From Eledone cirrhosa (Eukaryota), in NCBI GenBank assembly GCA_964016885.1, contig OZ024741.1, forward strand, positions 32,116,001 to 32,180,000: a stretch of DNA of 64,000 nucleotides, read 5' to 3'. Below are positions 42,331 through 55,965 of the stretch, in pieces (positions within the stretch are counted from its first letter, which is position 1; every line of letters begins with the position of its first letter). Under the pieces are notes generated by a model. The model worked only from the letters and a program-made list of their open reading frames with translations. It was not told the DNA's origin and did not search any database. Made by a program: the position numbers and the translations under genes.

Positions 42331-44566
42331 CAGAAGGGAATTTTCCAAGGAGAATTACGGGTTTAAATCCTGCAAAAACCCGCCAAACAACCCCGCACTC
42401 GATGCCTTCGAGCTGGACCTTATGAACATGATAAGTGAAACTAAATTTAAAAAAAGAACAAATCACAACAAATTGCAAAATGACTTAAACACATTACTTA
42501 AAAAACTAAAAGACACTAACGGTATCATAGTAAAAGCAGACAAAACATCAAACGTATACTCTATGGACATTAACACATACAATAACTTTATTCAGCGTGA
42601 ACTACATAAAAAATATAAAAAAACAAATGAATCTACACTCACCAGCATAAACATGGAGGGCCTCAAGATAGTTAATAAACTCGGAATTTCAGATAGGACC
42701 GAACCGCTTACCCCGTGCAACCCTACATTTAACCTGAAAGATCACAAAAATAACTTTGAAACTAATCCTACCATTAGATTAATATGCCCATCCAAGTCAG
42801 ACATAGGTAAAATTAGCAAAAACATTCTAGATAGGGTAATCGCACAAATAAAGGGTAAACTAGAAATCAATCTATGGGGCAACACTAACGAGGCAATTAA
42901 ATGGTTCAATAAAATACAAAATAGGGATACGTGTAACTTCATACAATTTGATATAGACGACTATTATGCATCCATATCCCCAGCTACCCTAGATAAGGCG
43001 CTTATATTTGCCCAAAATAACTCTGATCTTACCCATGATGAAATTGAAATAATAATAGCGGCTAGAAGGACTATCGTAAAATTTGAAAATAACTACTGGG
43101 TAAGAAAGGATAGAATAAATAGCTTCGATATTACAATGGGTTCAAATGATTCTGCGCAAATTACAGATATCGTGGGGCTATTCATAGCACACAACCTACA
43201 TAAGGAATTCAGTAACCTCCAAGGAGGAATTTATAGGGACGACACGTTACTTATAGCTAGGAACCTAAACAACCAGAGCATGGAAAGACTAAGGAAAAAT
43301 ATTAGAATATTCTTCAAAAAACTAGGCCTAAGTATTACCTACGAACTAAACCATAAGAAGGTAAATTTTCTAGATGTAACTCTAAATCTAAATACTGGAT
43401 TAATAGAACCTTTCCACAAAAATAATGAAAATCTTGCCTACATTAGTTACAACTCAAATCACCCCAAATCCATAATTAAATCCATAGCACGTAGTATATC
43501 CCTCCGAATATCCCGCCTATCCTCAAACCTAGAAATCTTTAACGAGCATGCTGACTATTATAATGCAGCATTAAGTAGGGCCGGTCATAAAGATAAACTA
43601 CAGTATATAGTGAATAAGGACAACATAAACAATCCTAGTAATTTCTACTCCAACCGCTCACATAATAATAGGAATAGCTTGACTAGACATAGGGTTAGAC
43701 ATGTAACACCTAGAGTAAACGGCCAAAACACTAATAACGTAAACCCTAGAAACAATAGAAGAAACAGACAAAGGAAATACCTATGGTTCAACCCAATATT
43801 CAACTCCTCTATAAAAACTAGACTGCCCTCTATATTCTTTAAACTAATAGATAAACACTTCCCTATCTCGCATAGATATCACAAACTACTCAATAGATCT
43901 ACTATAAAACTCTCTTTTTCAACAGCAGCTAACATAGAATCACACATACGCAAGATCAACCGCAGAAATATCTCAAGTAAATCAATTGCACCTATACATA
44001 AGCACAAACTCATCACAACATCACAACCACAAGCGCATACAAACGCGCAGCAGCAAAACCCCATTGGGCATATATCACAACCCACTTATAACAGGGTACT
44101 AAATAGGAATGTAAAAGCTGCACATAATAGCGCCTCAAACTGCAACTGTCACCTCCCAGATAGGTGCCCATTGGCGAATAGATGTCTCGATTCGAGCCTG
44201 GTGTACATGTGCACTGTCATCTCGGGTAACTCCACTTGGAATTACATAGGATCCACCGCGGGTTCTTTTAAGAAAAGATGGTATGTGCACAGGCACTCGA
44301 TGAAAAACCGAGCTCTTATGGGTTCCACCACACTCGCCAGAAAAATATGGGAATTGAAGGACAGCAACGCTAGCTACACTATCAACTGGTCGAAGTTGTC
44401 GGCTGCTAAAACCTATAGTACAGGTATGTCCTATTGCGGGCTGTGTGATCTTGAGCTATTGTATATCCTTAGAAATGTTAAAAGACTACTTAATAATAAG
44501 TTAGAAAGATCTATCTTCTGCAGGCATAGAATAGCCACTAAATTCATAAGATTCAAACCTCCGTGA
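42329..44566 (+). CDS. PLE reverse transcriptase and GIY-YIG endonuclease (open frame, N-terminus missing)
   Basis: YGFKS, ADKT, KDHK, RLI, FDIDDYYASI, TMGS, IYRDD, NFLDV, CNCx5Cx5C, VY...YIGST, CGLC, CRH. The predicted ORF start at 42080 is microsatellite read-in. Confidence 0.92.
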
Positions 44567-44886
44567 ATCGAACCAACATAACATAGCTTTAAATTAGGAT
44601 ACCTACTACCCACAAAAAATATATATTCATTAAGTAAGTCTATACCACACAATAGTCTGTAAATACCTCATCTACCAACAATCTTACTCCTTCTCAGCTG
44701 CTGCAATCATTTGATCCTAGATCCTAGTTTTTCTCATTTCACTACTACAATGTTACTTTACCTTCTTTTTGCCATATTACAATTAGCACGCTTTTCTCTT
44801 TGCATGTATGTATATTTTTGTACGAGTGTATATTAGTGTGTATGTATGTGTCTATGTACACATATATGTGTATATGTATTTATATT

Positions 44887-44947
<61 letters not shown>

Positions 44948-45307
44948 AGATATATGCGTATATTAATTCGTTAACCTCTGTATTAACTCTACAACTATTG
45001 AGCTTTGACAGTGGTCCCACTCATGTATACGGTTGAAGATGAAGAGAAAGACTGTAAAAACTAGCTTATCTTTATAATTTAAAATTGATACACACTACGA
45101 TACTTTTTGCCTTATGACAGCTGGTTTTCACGCCGTAACATTAGATACATTATATACCCCCCACCTAAGTAATGTCAGGGTCTCCTTAAATAGTTTATTG
45201 ATAGCATTGTTGTAATAATTGTTGTTGTTTATTGTTCTAATTGAATGCCATAACTACTCCATATTTTCTTTTATTTTCTTGCCTGTGTATTTTCTTCATT
45301 CTCGCAT

Positions 45308-45413
45308 GCTCCGAAGATCTGACTGGTTATAATTCTGTATTGGCGATCGAGTGACGCAAAATTAGGCGGATAGCGATCTCTAGACATACCAGTTCAGTGA
45401 AACAAATGTAAGC
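45308..45413 (+). ncRNA. Hammerhead-like motif in the Naiad A 3' region (U4C variant)
   Basis: GCT-CCGAAGA-TCTGACTGG...CCAGTTCAGT-GAAA-CAAATG-TA-AGC. Confidence 0.6.
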
Positions 45414-45638
45414 TATGTGATTAAAAACTTTTTTGTATAGCAAACCATGTAAACCTTCTTTCCTGATTTATTATTACTCCAAGTGTTTACAACATAGGAA
45501 TTACAGCATACCCGCAGCATCACTATGAAAACGCCTTGTTGAGTCAAACCAAGCCAAGCGTTAATATCATCCACTACCTGGAATACCATAACTGGACTTC
45601 ACCTAAGTGGACTGCATTTAACTATTATTTGTTAATCC

Positions 45639-45683
<45 letters not shown>

Positions 45684-45996
45684 TACACATATATACATAT
45701 ACACACATATATATATATATATATATAAGCACTTTAATACATGAATACACTTACATCTAACTATACACATCAAACATATATATATATTTACTTATTTATA
45801 TACATTTTCACATATATATACATACTTATGGACGTTTTTAGACACATTCATTATCGCATATTTGTACCTATTCTCATCAGCATATCTTTTCATTATTAGT
45901 ATGGTAATTTAAGGTTATTAATATATGTTGAGAAGAGATTGTTTTTATATTTTTCTAACTAGATTAAGGTTTATATAGTTGGGGGATGTCCCTCTT

Positions 45997-47552
45997 TTAT
46001 GTAATATTCGGCTTGTAGTGGGAAAAAAGGGTTTTAGTTCTGTGACGGCAGAATAATGTTCGTTCAATTCTGTTATTCAGCAGTTTCTTCTTGTGTGTGA
46101 TTATGTAATAAATCTCAAGATTACACAATTTGCAGAAATTTTGGCTCCTGGAAAAGCTTTGGGTTTTAGCTAATTTTTCCCATTTTAGGGTAAACTTTTG
46201 ATTGCTATCCCTGAGCGTCCAAGCTTTTTCTGCTAAAGTTGTTACACTTCTTTGGCTCCGGTGTTTTATTGAGTAAGAATGCCTATACAATCGAGATTTA
46301 AACGATGTTGCCGTTGATCCCACGTAATACCACTCGTTGCCTCCGGATTTAATGGTACACTTATAAATAATATTTTTTTCCAGGCAGTTATTGCCGAGGG
46401 GGCAGTTGTCAGGATAGGTGCAGTTACAGTTGTGTACGTTGGGTTTTCTCTGGAGTAGTATTGCGGACGAACTTAGGTGTGGTTTATTTATGTTCTGTAG
46501 TGTATTGTCTACTGTTTTTTTTGAGTTCTTTGTACTTAAGTTCTTAGTGTTTTCGTTTAACCTTCTAGTATTGATCTTTTTTATGTGTTGTTCAAGGTTT
46601 AACGCTGTAGAGTATGACAGTCTTATAGTGGTAGGGTTTAGGATTTTGTGGTATTTGTGTGATGTGGGAACATGTCTTTTAATTATTTTAAAGAAGAGTA
46701 CTGGTAAATTTGTACTAATGGAGCTATTGTATTCGGGGTTATACCATAAGTACTCTTTGCATCGCTTTCTATTAGTTTTGTTTGTTGGTTTACTGGTGTG
46801 CATACTATGGTAGTAAGTGTGGTTTGGTGTTGTGTTATTATATCTACCTATGTGGGATTTATTTTGGGTGTTTTGATTGTTCCCATCTTTGTACTCTATT
46901 TTGTTGAGGTAGCCTGCTTTACTAAGGGCGTTATCGTAGTACTCGGCGTGTTCCTTAAATACTTGTATGTTAGAAGATAGACCCGAGATTCTAAGGGAAA
47001 TATTTTTAGGGATAGATTTAATTATAGAGATGGGGTGGTTAGACCCAACATTTACGTATTTGAGATTTTCATTCAATTTATGAAACGGTTTAATCAAACC
47101 AGAGTTTAAATTGAGTGTGACATCCAGGAAGTTAACTACTTTAAGGTTGTATTCATATGTTATAGTTAGTCCTATTTCGAGTAGTAGTTTTCTTATATCT
47201 TTGCGTAGTTTTTCTAGTTTTTGGTTATTAAGGTTTTTAGCTAGGAGGAGAACATCGTCGCGGTATATTCCGCCGTGGAGATTGCTGAATTTTTCCTGGA
47301 GTCTAAAGGCGATAAATAACCCCACAATATCAGTTATTTCCGCCGAATCGTTAGAGCCCATTGTTATGTCAAAGTTAGAGGGTCTATCTTTACGTACCCA
47401 ATAACTGTTCTCAAATTTGACTATAGTTTTCCTAGCTTCTAATATAATCTTAATTCCATCGTTTGTAAGGTCAGAGTTATCCTTAGCAAACTTAATGGCT
47501 CTATTCAAAGTTTCAGGTGATATCGATGAGTAATATTCATCGATATCAAACT
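45997..47552 (-). pseudogene. Naiad B RT (from FDIDEYY) and GIY-YIG, 5'-truncated
   Basis: TMGSNDSAE, IYRDD, NFLDV, CNCTYPDNCPLGNNC, YVGST, CRH. Confidence 0.9.
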
Positions 47553-48728
47553 GGACTAACTATAACATATGAATACAACCTTAAAGTAGTTAACTTCCTG
47601 GATGTCACACTCAATTTAAACTCTGGTTTGATTAAACCGTTTCATAAATTGAATGAAAATCTCAAATACGTAAATGTTGGGTCTAACCACCCCATCTCTA
47701 TAATTAAATCTATCCCTAAAAATATTTCCCTTAGAATCTCGGGTCTATCTTCTAACATACAAGTATTTAAGGAACACGCCGAGTACTACGATAACGCCCT
47801 TAGTAAAGCAGGCTACCTCAACAAAATAGAGTACAAAGATGGGAACAATCAAAACACCCAAAATAAATCCCACATAGGTAGATATAATAACACAACACCA
47901 AACCACACTTACTACCATAGTATGCACACCAGTAAACCAACAAACAAAACTAATAGAAAGCGATGCAAAGAGTACTTATGGTATAACCCCGAATACAATA
48001 GCTCCATTAGTACAAATTTACCAGTACTCTTCTTTAAAATAATTAAAAGACATTTTCCCACATCACACAAATACCACAAAATCCTAAACCCTACCACTAT
48101 AAGACTGTCATACTCTACAGCGTTAAACCTTGAACAACACATAAAAAAGATCAATACTAGAAGGTTAAACGAAAACACTAAGAACTTAAGTACAAAGAAC
48201 TCAAAAAAAACAGTAGACAATACACTACAGAACATAAATAAACCACACCTAAGTTCGTCCGCAATACTACTCCAGAGAAAACCCAACGTACACAACTGTA
48301 ACTGCACCTATCCTGACAACTGCCCCCTCGGCAATAACTGCCTGGAAAAAAATATTATTTATAAGTGTACCATTAAATCCGGAGGCAACGAGTGGTATTA
48401 CGTGGGATCAACGGCAACATCGTTTAAATCTCGATTGTATAGGCATTCTTACTCAATAAAACACCGGAGCCAAAGAAATGTAACAACTTTAGCAGAAAAA
48501 GCCTGGACGCTCAGGGATAGCAATCAAAAGTTTACCCTAAAATGGGAAAAATTAGCTAAAACCCAAAGCTTTTCCAGGAGCCAAAATTTCTGCAAATTGT
48601 GTAATCTTGAGATTTATTACATAATCACACACAAGAAGAAACTGCTGAATAACAGAATTGAACGAACATTATTCTGCCGTCACAGAACTAAAACCCTTTT
48701 TTCCCACTACAAGCCGAATATTACATAA
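47553..48728 (+). pseudogene. Inverted, shorter copy of the Naiad B C-terminus
   Basis: Near-identical translation (visible differences V/F and S/N). Confidence 0.9.
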
Positions 48729-49043
48729 AAGAGGGATATCCCCCAACTATATAAACCTTAATCTAGTTAGAAAAATATAAAAACAATCTCTTCTCAACAT
48801 ATATTAATAACCTTAAATTACCATACTAATAATGAAAAGATATGCTGATGAGAATAGGTACAAATATGCGATAATGAATGTGTCTAAAAACGTCCATAAG
48901 TATGTATATATATGTGAAAATGTATATAAATAAGTAAATATATATATATGTTTGATGTGTATAGTTAGATGTAAGTGTATTCATGTATTAAAGTGCTTAT
49001 ATATATATATATATATATATGTGTGTATATGTATATATGTGTA

Positions 49044-49119
<76 letters not shown>

Positions 49120-49749
49120 TATATGTATATATATATATATATATATATACATATATATATGTATATATATATATATATATATGTGTATGTATGTATGTGT
49201 ATATGGATGTGTATGTATGTGTATGTGTGTACACATGGACTAGAGTATGTATGTATATATGTGTGTGTCTATACGTGTGTATATAAAGATAAGTTGAGTA
49301 TGAAAATGTATACACATGAGCGCGTATGTATGTACATGAATACATGTGTGTATATATATGTGTATGCATGTGTATATATATGTAAGTATGAATATGTGAA
49401 TTGTGAGTATATGTATTTTGTAGAGGTGTGCAAATATATTTGTGTGTGAATGCGTGGGTGAAAGGATACGTATACTTGAAAGAAAAATTTAAGTCTGAAT
49501 GTTAATTAAGTGCAAACACAAAACCAACCACGCATATCTTTACTATCTCTAATCCTTCTATAGATTTAGAAAAATAACCAATAATATATTCTATAAAAAA
49601 TGTCAAAACAACAGATGGGAATCTAATTACTCACTGCCACCAAGAATTCTCACTGCTATCGAAAAACCACTCCTTCAACTATTCTTCTAACAACTTCACC
49701 CCTCCCTCCTAATATTCTCTATAAAAACTAAATAGGTCCTCAGTAATAT

Positions 49750-49800
49750 TATTCTGATGAAATGACAGTAAATAATAACATTGAAATATTGAATGTCTGC
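49750..49800 (+). ncRNA. Degenerate hammerhead-like motif in the Naiad B pLTR (mirror copy about 41649-41700)
   Basis: CTGATGA-AATG...CATT-GAAA; stem I and cleavage site are imperfect. Confidence 0.45.
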
Positions 49801-49970
49801 ATAACTAAAAGTTTGTAGATAGCTGTTTTAGGTTATGTAACTGTTATAGAAACACGTGTCAATAAATTCCTTTCCACTAAACTGTATCCATTCAAATCTT
49901 TCTATATATATATATATAATGAATTAGCCGTCGAAACGGCTTGAGCTCAGCTGTCGGGGTCTTACTGGTT

Positions 49971-50055
<85 letters not shown>

Positions 50056-50254
50056 GTATCAGGAGTTATGGGTCAGAAAAACAAGGAGCTCCATAAGGTG
50101 GAGTGGCTGATCCTACCCGAGGAAAGAGCCACATGAGGTGGTGTGGCTGATGTTGTGGGTGTTGATGGCTGTTTTCCTCAGCAATGCTTCCATAATTTTG
50201 TCCATGTGGTGCAGATGAGACTTACCACCTTCATTTTATTCTGGCCATGTATGC

Positions 50255-50546
50255 TGTGTGTATCTGGTTTACAATAGGTACACCATACCCTAGGCTGTGT
50301 AGTACCTCTGGTTTACAATAGGTACACCATACCCTAGGGTGTAGTACCTCTGGTTTCAAATAGGTACACCATACTCTAGGCTGTGTAGTACTTCTGGTTT
50401 AGAGTAAATACCCCATACCCTAGGTGTATCTGGTTTATTATAGGTACATCATACCCTAGGCTGTGTGTATCCGGTTTACAATAGGTACACCATATCCTAG
50501 GCTGTGTAGTACCTCTGGTTTAAAGTAGGTATGCCATATCCTAGGT
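50255..50546. repeat. Minisatellite, about 7 units of 38-44 bp
   Basis: Unit CTGGTTTACAATAGGTACACCATACCCTAGGCTGTGTAGTACCT. Confidence 0.9.
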
Positions 50547-50877
50547 CATGTTGTAAGAACTCAATGGGTTGGTGTGAGGAAGGGCATTTGACTGCAAAAT
50601 ATTTATATAAAAGTCCCGTTGAACAGATGTCAACACAGAAAAGTCAACATAAATATGTTGAGGAGAATGGCTAAGTGGCCTTTTGACATATGTAGATGTC
50701 ACTCAACTATTTGACACCAACACACACACGCATATACTTATATATATGTATATATAACTGAATTTCTCAAATCCCACAACAAACTTTCACTCGTTAAACA
50801 GAGTTATGACTTGGTTAACAAGTAATACACACAACACATCATAATTATACACACACACACTCATATATATATTTCTG

Positions 50878-51058
50878 AGTCTCAGAAGATCCTGTTAAGG
50901 GTGAAAGCAGCGATTTTATGCTTAAACTGTTATTTTAATAAATATTTACTGTATGGGTCTTATATATTTGATATATATCTATCCTTATCGAGCACTATTT
51001 TCATTTTAGTCTTCGCATTTATTATTATTACTATATATATGTATACATTTATTATTAT

Positions 51059-51116
<58 letters not shown>

Positions 51117-51230
51117 ATAATAATAAATTTGAAGACTAAAATCCAAAGAGGGCTCGATAAGGATAAATTTATATCAAATATATAAGAACCGTAGAGCAAA
51201 TATTTATAATCTCTTATTTTAATAAATATA
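50878..51230. repeat. Fold-back around (TA)n; same family as 52800-53250; CAGAAGA hammerhead-like motif at 50878-50928
   Basis: 50930-51063 mirrors 51112-51230 and matches 53094-53250. Confidence 0.7.
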
Positions 51231-51231
51231 T

Positions 51232-51291
<60 letters not shown>

Positions 51292-51363
51292 TCCAGGAAG
51301 CTCCAACCGTTAAGGTTGTATTTTTTTCCGGGTATGTCAATATTTATTTATAAAACAAATCCG

Positions 51364-51429
51364 TATTTTATCTGATGAAAGCGCACCATAATTTGCCTTT
51401 GTTGCCCTTGAAATATGTATAATAAAATA
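51364..51429 (+). ncRNA. Type I hammerhead ribozyme (canonical core)
   Basis: TATTTTAT-CTGATGA-AAG...CTT-GAAA-TATGTA-TA-ATAAAATA; 8-bp stem I. Confidence 0.78.
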
Positions 51430-51467
51430 AATATGGTTTTATAAATATAGTTTCCATTTATTAGTAT

Positions 51468-51514
<47 letters not shown>

Positions 51515-51872
51515 AGCTTATCTACGCAATGGAAAAATAAAATAAAAAGATGACACATAAAAAGAACTATATAACACAAGGAAGAGGAGCACAAAGGAAA
51601 AGTGGTAAGGTATAAATGAAAGACAGTAATATTGATGTTTCGACATGCAGTCAATTATCAAGAAAGTGGTAGAAGAAATGTACTGCGTATACTTGTTTAT
51701 GGAGGGAACAAAATTGTCAAATGTTTTAAGGTTGAGAATAGCGTGCAAGGTGATGAACTACTATCTGATATGTGAAATGTGAAATAAATAAACCTGATAT
51801 AGTTTACGTGGGGTATGTATGTGCAATTCTATGTAGCAATTCTATATATATAGGTTTGCATGCGGATATGCC

Positions 51873-51920
<48 letters not shown>

Positions 51921-52049
51921 TCTCTCTCTATCTATCTATCTGCCTCTCTCTCTCTCTCCCTCTCTCTCTGTATACGCACTCACTCACACGTATACATATC
52001 ATTAAAAAGATCGTAGGCCATATGCAGTTGGTTAGCTCCATATAATAAT

Positions 52050-52570
52050 TTTATGTATATATATATATTATACAATAATTAAAGAACGGGACAAAAATAC
52101 ATAAAAAAACAACAGTAGGTATATACACAGAGAATAAGGAACAAGGAACATGAAACATGTACACAGAGATACCAGGTGTGCAAACAAGATATCCATGGTT
52201 CGCCTGACGCTGGGGTTGTTGTGTGGCCACGTCCGGCACCCAAGGCCAAGTTTGCAATATTCCTCAACTACTACAACTATGTTGTTAGTCCGTACAGTTT
52301 GAGGAAAGTTCCAGATGATCTGTGGAGGCAGGTGCTGAAGAGGTTACTCCTTTTATTGATAGCTCGAGCTCCCCTCTCAATTATTTCCATAATCTCGGTG
52401 ACACACAAATCGCACGAGTCATGTCCACCCCCTCTGTAGGGTTGGGCTGAGGCTACCTTGGACCACGAGTCTCTGTGTGTATATGTTTCATGTCCTTTGT
52501 TCCTTATTCTCTGTGTATATACCTACTGTTGTTTTTTATGTACTTTTGTTCCGTTCTTTAATTATTGTGT
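52050..52570. repeat. Inverted repeat, about 100-bp arms with a 300-bp spacer
   Basis: 52070-52168 mirrors 52470-52568. Confidence 0.75.
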
Positions 52571-52799
52571 TCTCTATATGTGTTCTCGGTTTCTTATCTG
52601 CTTGTTCCTGTCCCTACTTTGGCCTCCCGTAACTCTCTTCCATGGTCTAACAGCTCGTTTAATAGTATTGATGCCACTGTAGTTAAAACTGAATGCTATT
52701 GTGCTTAACCGTTTTTTTTCTGCACTGCTAGTCTTGTGCCTTAGAATGAGAGAGGAGTGTATTAACTGTGCATGTATTTATTTATATATATAAATATCC

Positions 52800-53250
52800 A
52801 TCTTTTTTTTAAAATAACAGATTAAAGTTTAAGCAAAGAATCGCTGCTTTCACCCTTAACGGGATCTTCTGAAACTAACAAAGTCAATCTGTAAACGCAG
52901 AACTGGATATTTCAATTGAGCACTCTACTGACTTATATTCATCATGCAGAAACAACATCTGAATATTTCTACAAAGAACATAACCGTACCAAGCAGGAAA
53001 ACATACCTAAAAGTATCGTCTTCCTGTCTTCCTCCGGTTGCAACGTTTTTTGAAATATCCAGTTCTGCGTTTACAGATTGACTTTGTTAGTTTCAGAAGA
53101 TCCCGTTAAGGGTGAAAGCAGCGATTCTTTGCTTACACTTTAATCTGTTATTTTAATAAATATTTGCTCTACGGTTCTTATATATTTGATATATATTTAT
53201 CCTTATCGAGCCCTCTTTGTATTTTAGTCTTCAATTTTATTATTATTACT
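52800..53250. repeat. Fold-back element with CAGAAGA hammerhead-like motifs (52826-52876 minus, 53089-53139 plus)
   Basis: Arms 52810-52914 and 53051-53155. Confidence 0.7.
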
Positions 53251-54276
53251 ATAAATATCCATCTATATTTTTACCCCATTTTCGTTTCCTTGTTTCAACG
53301 GACTACTATTGTGGTTAGTTTATTCTTCATGGAAGCCTGGCCTTTTCCTATTGCCGCCGTCACCGTGGTGGCATCATCACTGGTGTTGTTGTTGTTGTTA
53401 TTGCTATTGGTGTTTCCACTGTCTTGCTCCCGAGTAATGAGTGATCTCCGCCATTGGCTTGATACTAATATAAATGAGACCACCACTACTACGCCGAACG
53501 GGGTGGGTAATGTTTGTTGCCGTTACCATTGTTGTTGTTGCTATATATGATCGATACTACCAATTCTGTGTACCCACCTACCTCAGAACTCCTTTTTATT
53601 GCTTTGGCGTTATGGTTCTTATTGTCGACAGGGTGATACAGTCACTACGACTGCTGGAGCCTGTATTCACGACGCTGGTCTGTTTTTGCTGTTGTTGTTG
53701 TTGTAACTGCTTACTGTAGCTGTTGCTTTAGTTGTTGTTGTCAGTAGGGTAGTAATATGACTACGACTGTTGCGGCCAGTATGGACGATATTGGTCGGTG
53801 GTTTGTTATTGTCGTTATTGTTGTTGTCGTTGTCGTTGATGTTGTAGTTGTTGTCTATAAAACAGAGCTCCATTTATTGCTTCCATTGTCTACTGGGCTT
53901 TGGCTACACACAGATTTTCGTTTTTTCGTTTTTCGTTGATAGCTTTTTGTAGCAAACACGACGGCTGGCAATCCCTTCAAGGAACTCATATTTCTGCTCT
54001 GCACACAAGCAATAGGACGTGTGTTTTTTCCTGCCTGCGACATATCAAACATATCGGTTTCATCTGAAGATACTGTTCTCATAATCAACAGCAAAGCATG
54101 AAGGACATCTCGCTTGCATGGAGAACCGTGGAAATAATTATAATGATTAAACGACATATGTAACCTCAGCATCTTATTTTGTTATTTTTATAAAATTTCC
54201 CATCATAACTAAAAACAACGATTGCTGAGAGCTCTCTCCTGCTTACTCCTGTTTTTACCAAAACAATATTTTCCGA

Positions 54277-54825
<549 letters not shown>

Positions 54826-54907
54826 TAAACTCCAGTCCAATAAACTGTTGAGTGCTACTTATTCGATATTTGCATTGCTTTATTGTGCTACAATAAAACT
54901 CACCTCC

Positions 54908-54972
<65 letters not shown>

Positions 54973-55276
54973 TAGAAATGGCTGTGTAGTTGCTATTTCT
55001 ATTCTCTCTCTCTCTCTATATATATACGTTTTTGCTATTTAAGGTAACTTAAAATGCAGTGAGAATACGAAGAAAGCAAGAACGGGGGAGGGGAGTTTTC
55101 CTCATCAGTTGTCTACTGGGGCTCTAGGATATTTCTACACTTTATATATATATATATATATCACAGAAAAAAAGAGAATCATTGTTGCGACGAATGGAAT
55201 TTACTGGACATATTACAATCGTTTCTCTAGTGACCATCTCGCGACCTAGATGGGAAAATCTGCTTCGTAGAATCAA

Positions 55277-55372
55277 GATGTATCTGAGGACCTTGCGATT
55301 TTCAGAGTCAGGTTCGATCATCACATCGATCGTGCCTCGAGATGGTCGCTAGAGAAACGATTGTAATATGTC
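55277..55372 (+). ncRNA. Type I hammerhead ribozyme within fold-back element 55160-55500
   Basis: GATGTAT-CTGAGGA-CCTTGCGA...TCGCTAGA-GAAA-CGATTG-TA-ATATGTC. Confidence 0.72.
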
Positions 55373-55496
55373 CAATAAATTCCATTCGTCGCAACACAGA
55401 TTCTCTTTTTTTTGTGTTATCATACTCTGCTCTATGAGAGCATCGAGTGCTCAAACGGCCTACCGCATACGGACGCTTTAAGCATCCAACACCAAT

Positions 55497-55527
<31 letters not shown>

Positions 55528-55578
55528 TCGCGAGTGTGTGTGCGTTCGCGTGTGTGTGTTTGTGTATAAATGCGTATT

Positions 55579-55609
<31 letters not shown>

Positions 55610-55692
55610 AAAAGAGGGAATTTAACTGTGAATGCGAATGTAAATGGAGAATGAGATCCACGAGAAGTTGTTCTGAAACTCCGTGTATATGT

Positions 55693-55707
55693 ACAGAGAG
55701 AGAGGTG

Positions 55708-55745
<38 letters not shown>

Positions 55746-55965
55746 GGTGTACAGAGAGAGAGAGGGAGACAGAGAGAGGTGGTGTAGAAAGAGAGAGGAA
55801 GAGGTGGTGTAGAACGAGAGATGAAGAGGTGAAGTAGAGAGAGAGAGAGAAGAGGTAGTGTATAGAGGGAGAGGAATAGGTAGTGTAGAAAGAGAGAGGA
55901 AGAGGTGCTGTAGAAAGAGAGAGGGAGATGAAGAGGTAGTGTAGAAAGAGAGAGGAAGAGGGAAA
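55693..55965. repeat. Purine-rich degenerate minisatellite (GAGGTGGTGTAGAAAGAGAGAG-like unit)
   Basis: Direct reading. Confidence 0.8.

Larger units (their letters stand above)
42329..45638 (+). mobile_element. Naiad-type PLE 'A' nested in a (TA)n tract
   Basis: RT-GIY-YIG ORF, 3' region with a hammerhead motif, (TA)n on both sides. Confidence 0.88.
41545..49904. mobile_element. Naiad-type PLE 'B' as a large palindrome; left arm interrupted by Naiad 'A'
   Basis: 45640-47172 mirrors 47553-49080, and 41545-42328 mirrors about 49120-49904. Confidence 0.88.

Noticed and set aside
42329-48728. Selenoprotein Naiad (in-frame UGA plus SECIS, known in some Naiads)
   Set aside because: All conserved Cys positions are encoded as Cys; the only UGA is the terminal stop after the CRH motif.
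50255-50546. Regularly spaced repeats resembling a CRISPR array
   Set aside because: Units are contiguous tandem copies with no unique spacers, there are no cas genes, and the context is eukaryotic.
52335-52380. CTGAAGA core within an inverted repeat
   Set aside because: No GAAA or cleavage triplet follows the stem.
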